Source of the DNA: an uncultured Verrucomicrobiae bacterium
GTDB lineage: Bacteria; Verrucomicrobiota; Verrucomicrobiia; Limisphaerales; UBA11358
Direction of reading: 5' to 3'
Assembly (NCBI GenBank): GCA_963806905.1
Contig: CAWEAA010000008.1
Span: 392,447-456,446, forward strand
DNA length: 64,000 bases
The notes below the pieces were generated by a model. The model saw only the letters and a program-made list of their open reading frames with translations, ran no database searches and had not been told where the DNA came from. Every line of letters begins with the position of its first letter. The first letter of the stretch is position 1. Below, one piece after another: positions 63,717 to 64,000 of this stretch. Both the position numbers and the translations under genes were made by a program.

Positions 63717-64000
63717 ATGAAAAAGCTGAAATTGATCATTGGAACCATCCTCGTTGCAACGTGCGCCGCCATTCCGTTGGCGGCTCGCGCCGGCGATTCC
63801 ACCAACGCGCCGGTGAAGCCATATCTGCTCAAAACCTGCCTGGTCTGCGGCATGCAGCTTGGCGAAATGGGAAAACCATATGTGTTCGTCTATAAGGGGC
63901 AGGAAATCAAAGTCTGCAACAAATCCGAAAAAGCGGACTTCGACAAAGACCCGGACCAATACCTGAAAAAGTTGGCGGAGGCCGAAGCCAAATTGAAAAA
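63717..64000 (+). CDS. secreted protein with CxxC (YHS/TRASH-like?) motif, 3'-truncated by the window end
   Basis: ATG 63717, open to the window end. MKKLKLIIGTILVATCAAIPLAARA signal, then KTCLVCGMQLGEMGKPYVFVYKGQEIKVC. Not in the ORF track because no stop is reached. Confidence 0.5.
   Translation, partial: MKKLKLIIGTILVATCAAIPLAARAGDSTNAPVKPYLLKTCLVCGMQLGEMGKPYVFVYKGQEIKVCNKSEKADFDKDPDQYLKKLAEAEAKLK

Overview
GC-rich bacterial chromosomal segment. It is probably from a PVC-superphylum organism (Verrucomicrobia/Planctomycetes-like): it has two prepilin-type pseudopilins, one with a DUF1559-like body, and FHA proteins. This assignment is inference only. I support about 60 protein genes, one tRNA-Gly(UCC), one IS element and no rRNA or CRISPR.

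Layout:
- 2.1-18.6 kb: a glucuronoxylan side-chain utilisation locus. It holds a GH67 alpha-glucuronidase, a CE7 acetylxylan esterase, an acid-sugar MFS transporter and a XylD/XylX/XylA-like oxidative pentonate trio. It is physically interleaved with a complete corrinoid methyl-transfer system: a URO-D/MtaA-family methyltransferase, a B12-binding protein, a pterin-binding methyltransferase, a RACo-type activase and a MetH-reactivation-like protein.
- 18.9-20.2 kb: an IS element with a DDE transposase.
- 20-29.6 kb and 32-64 kb: mostly housekeeping genes. These are rplM-rpsI, argC, argJ, ilvC, ilvN, surA-like, pdxA, trpC, prfB (with its programmed +1 frameshift), carA, pyrC, miaA, lgt, hemE-hemN-hemY-hemH, tal and argA-like.
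- Between and inside these genes: AT-rich single-gene insertions, and at 29.6-32.2 kb a small accessory array (VapBC, DUF2442/DUF4160 and others) whose units are delimited by four copies of the last ~80 nt of an HTH-MBL gene.

The main candidate for a new system is the corrinoid methyltransferase set embedded in the xylan locus. I propose it demethylates 4-O-methyl-glucuronate or another methoxy group.

Other unusual features:
- GTAG-bounded REP/REPIN-like palindromes inserted in frame inside argJ, trpC, miaA and hemY.
- A dispersed family of heptanucleotide-periodic tracts.
- Three single-site frameshifts in essential biosynthetic genes (ilvC, pyrC, argA-like). These may be assembly errors.

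All calls come from reading the sequence and ORF translations by eye. No database search was run.
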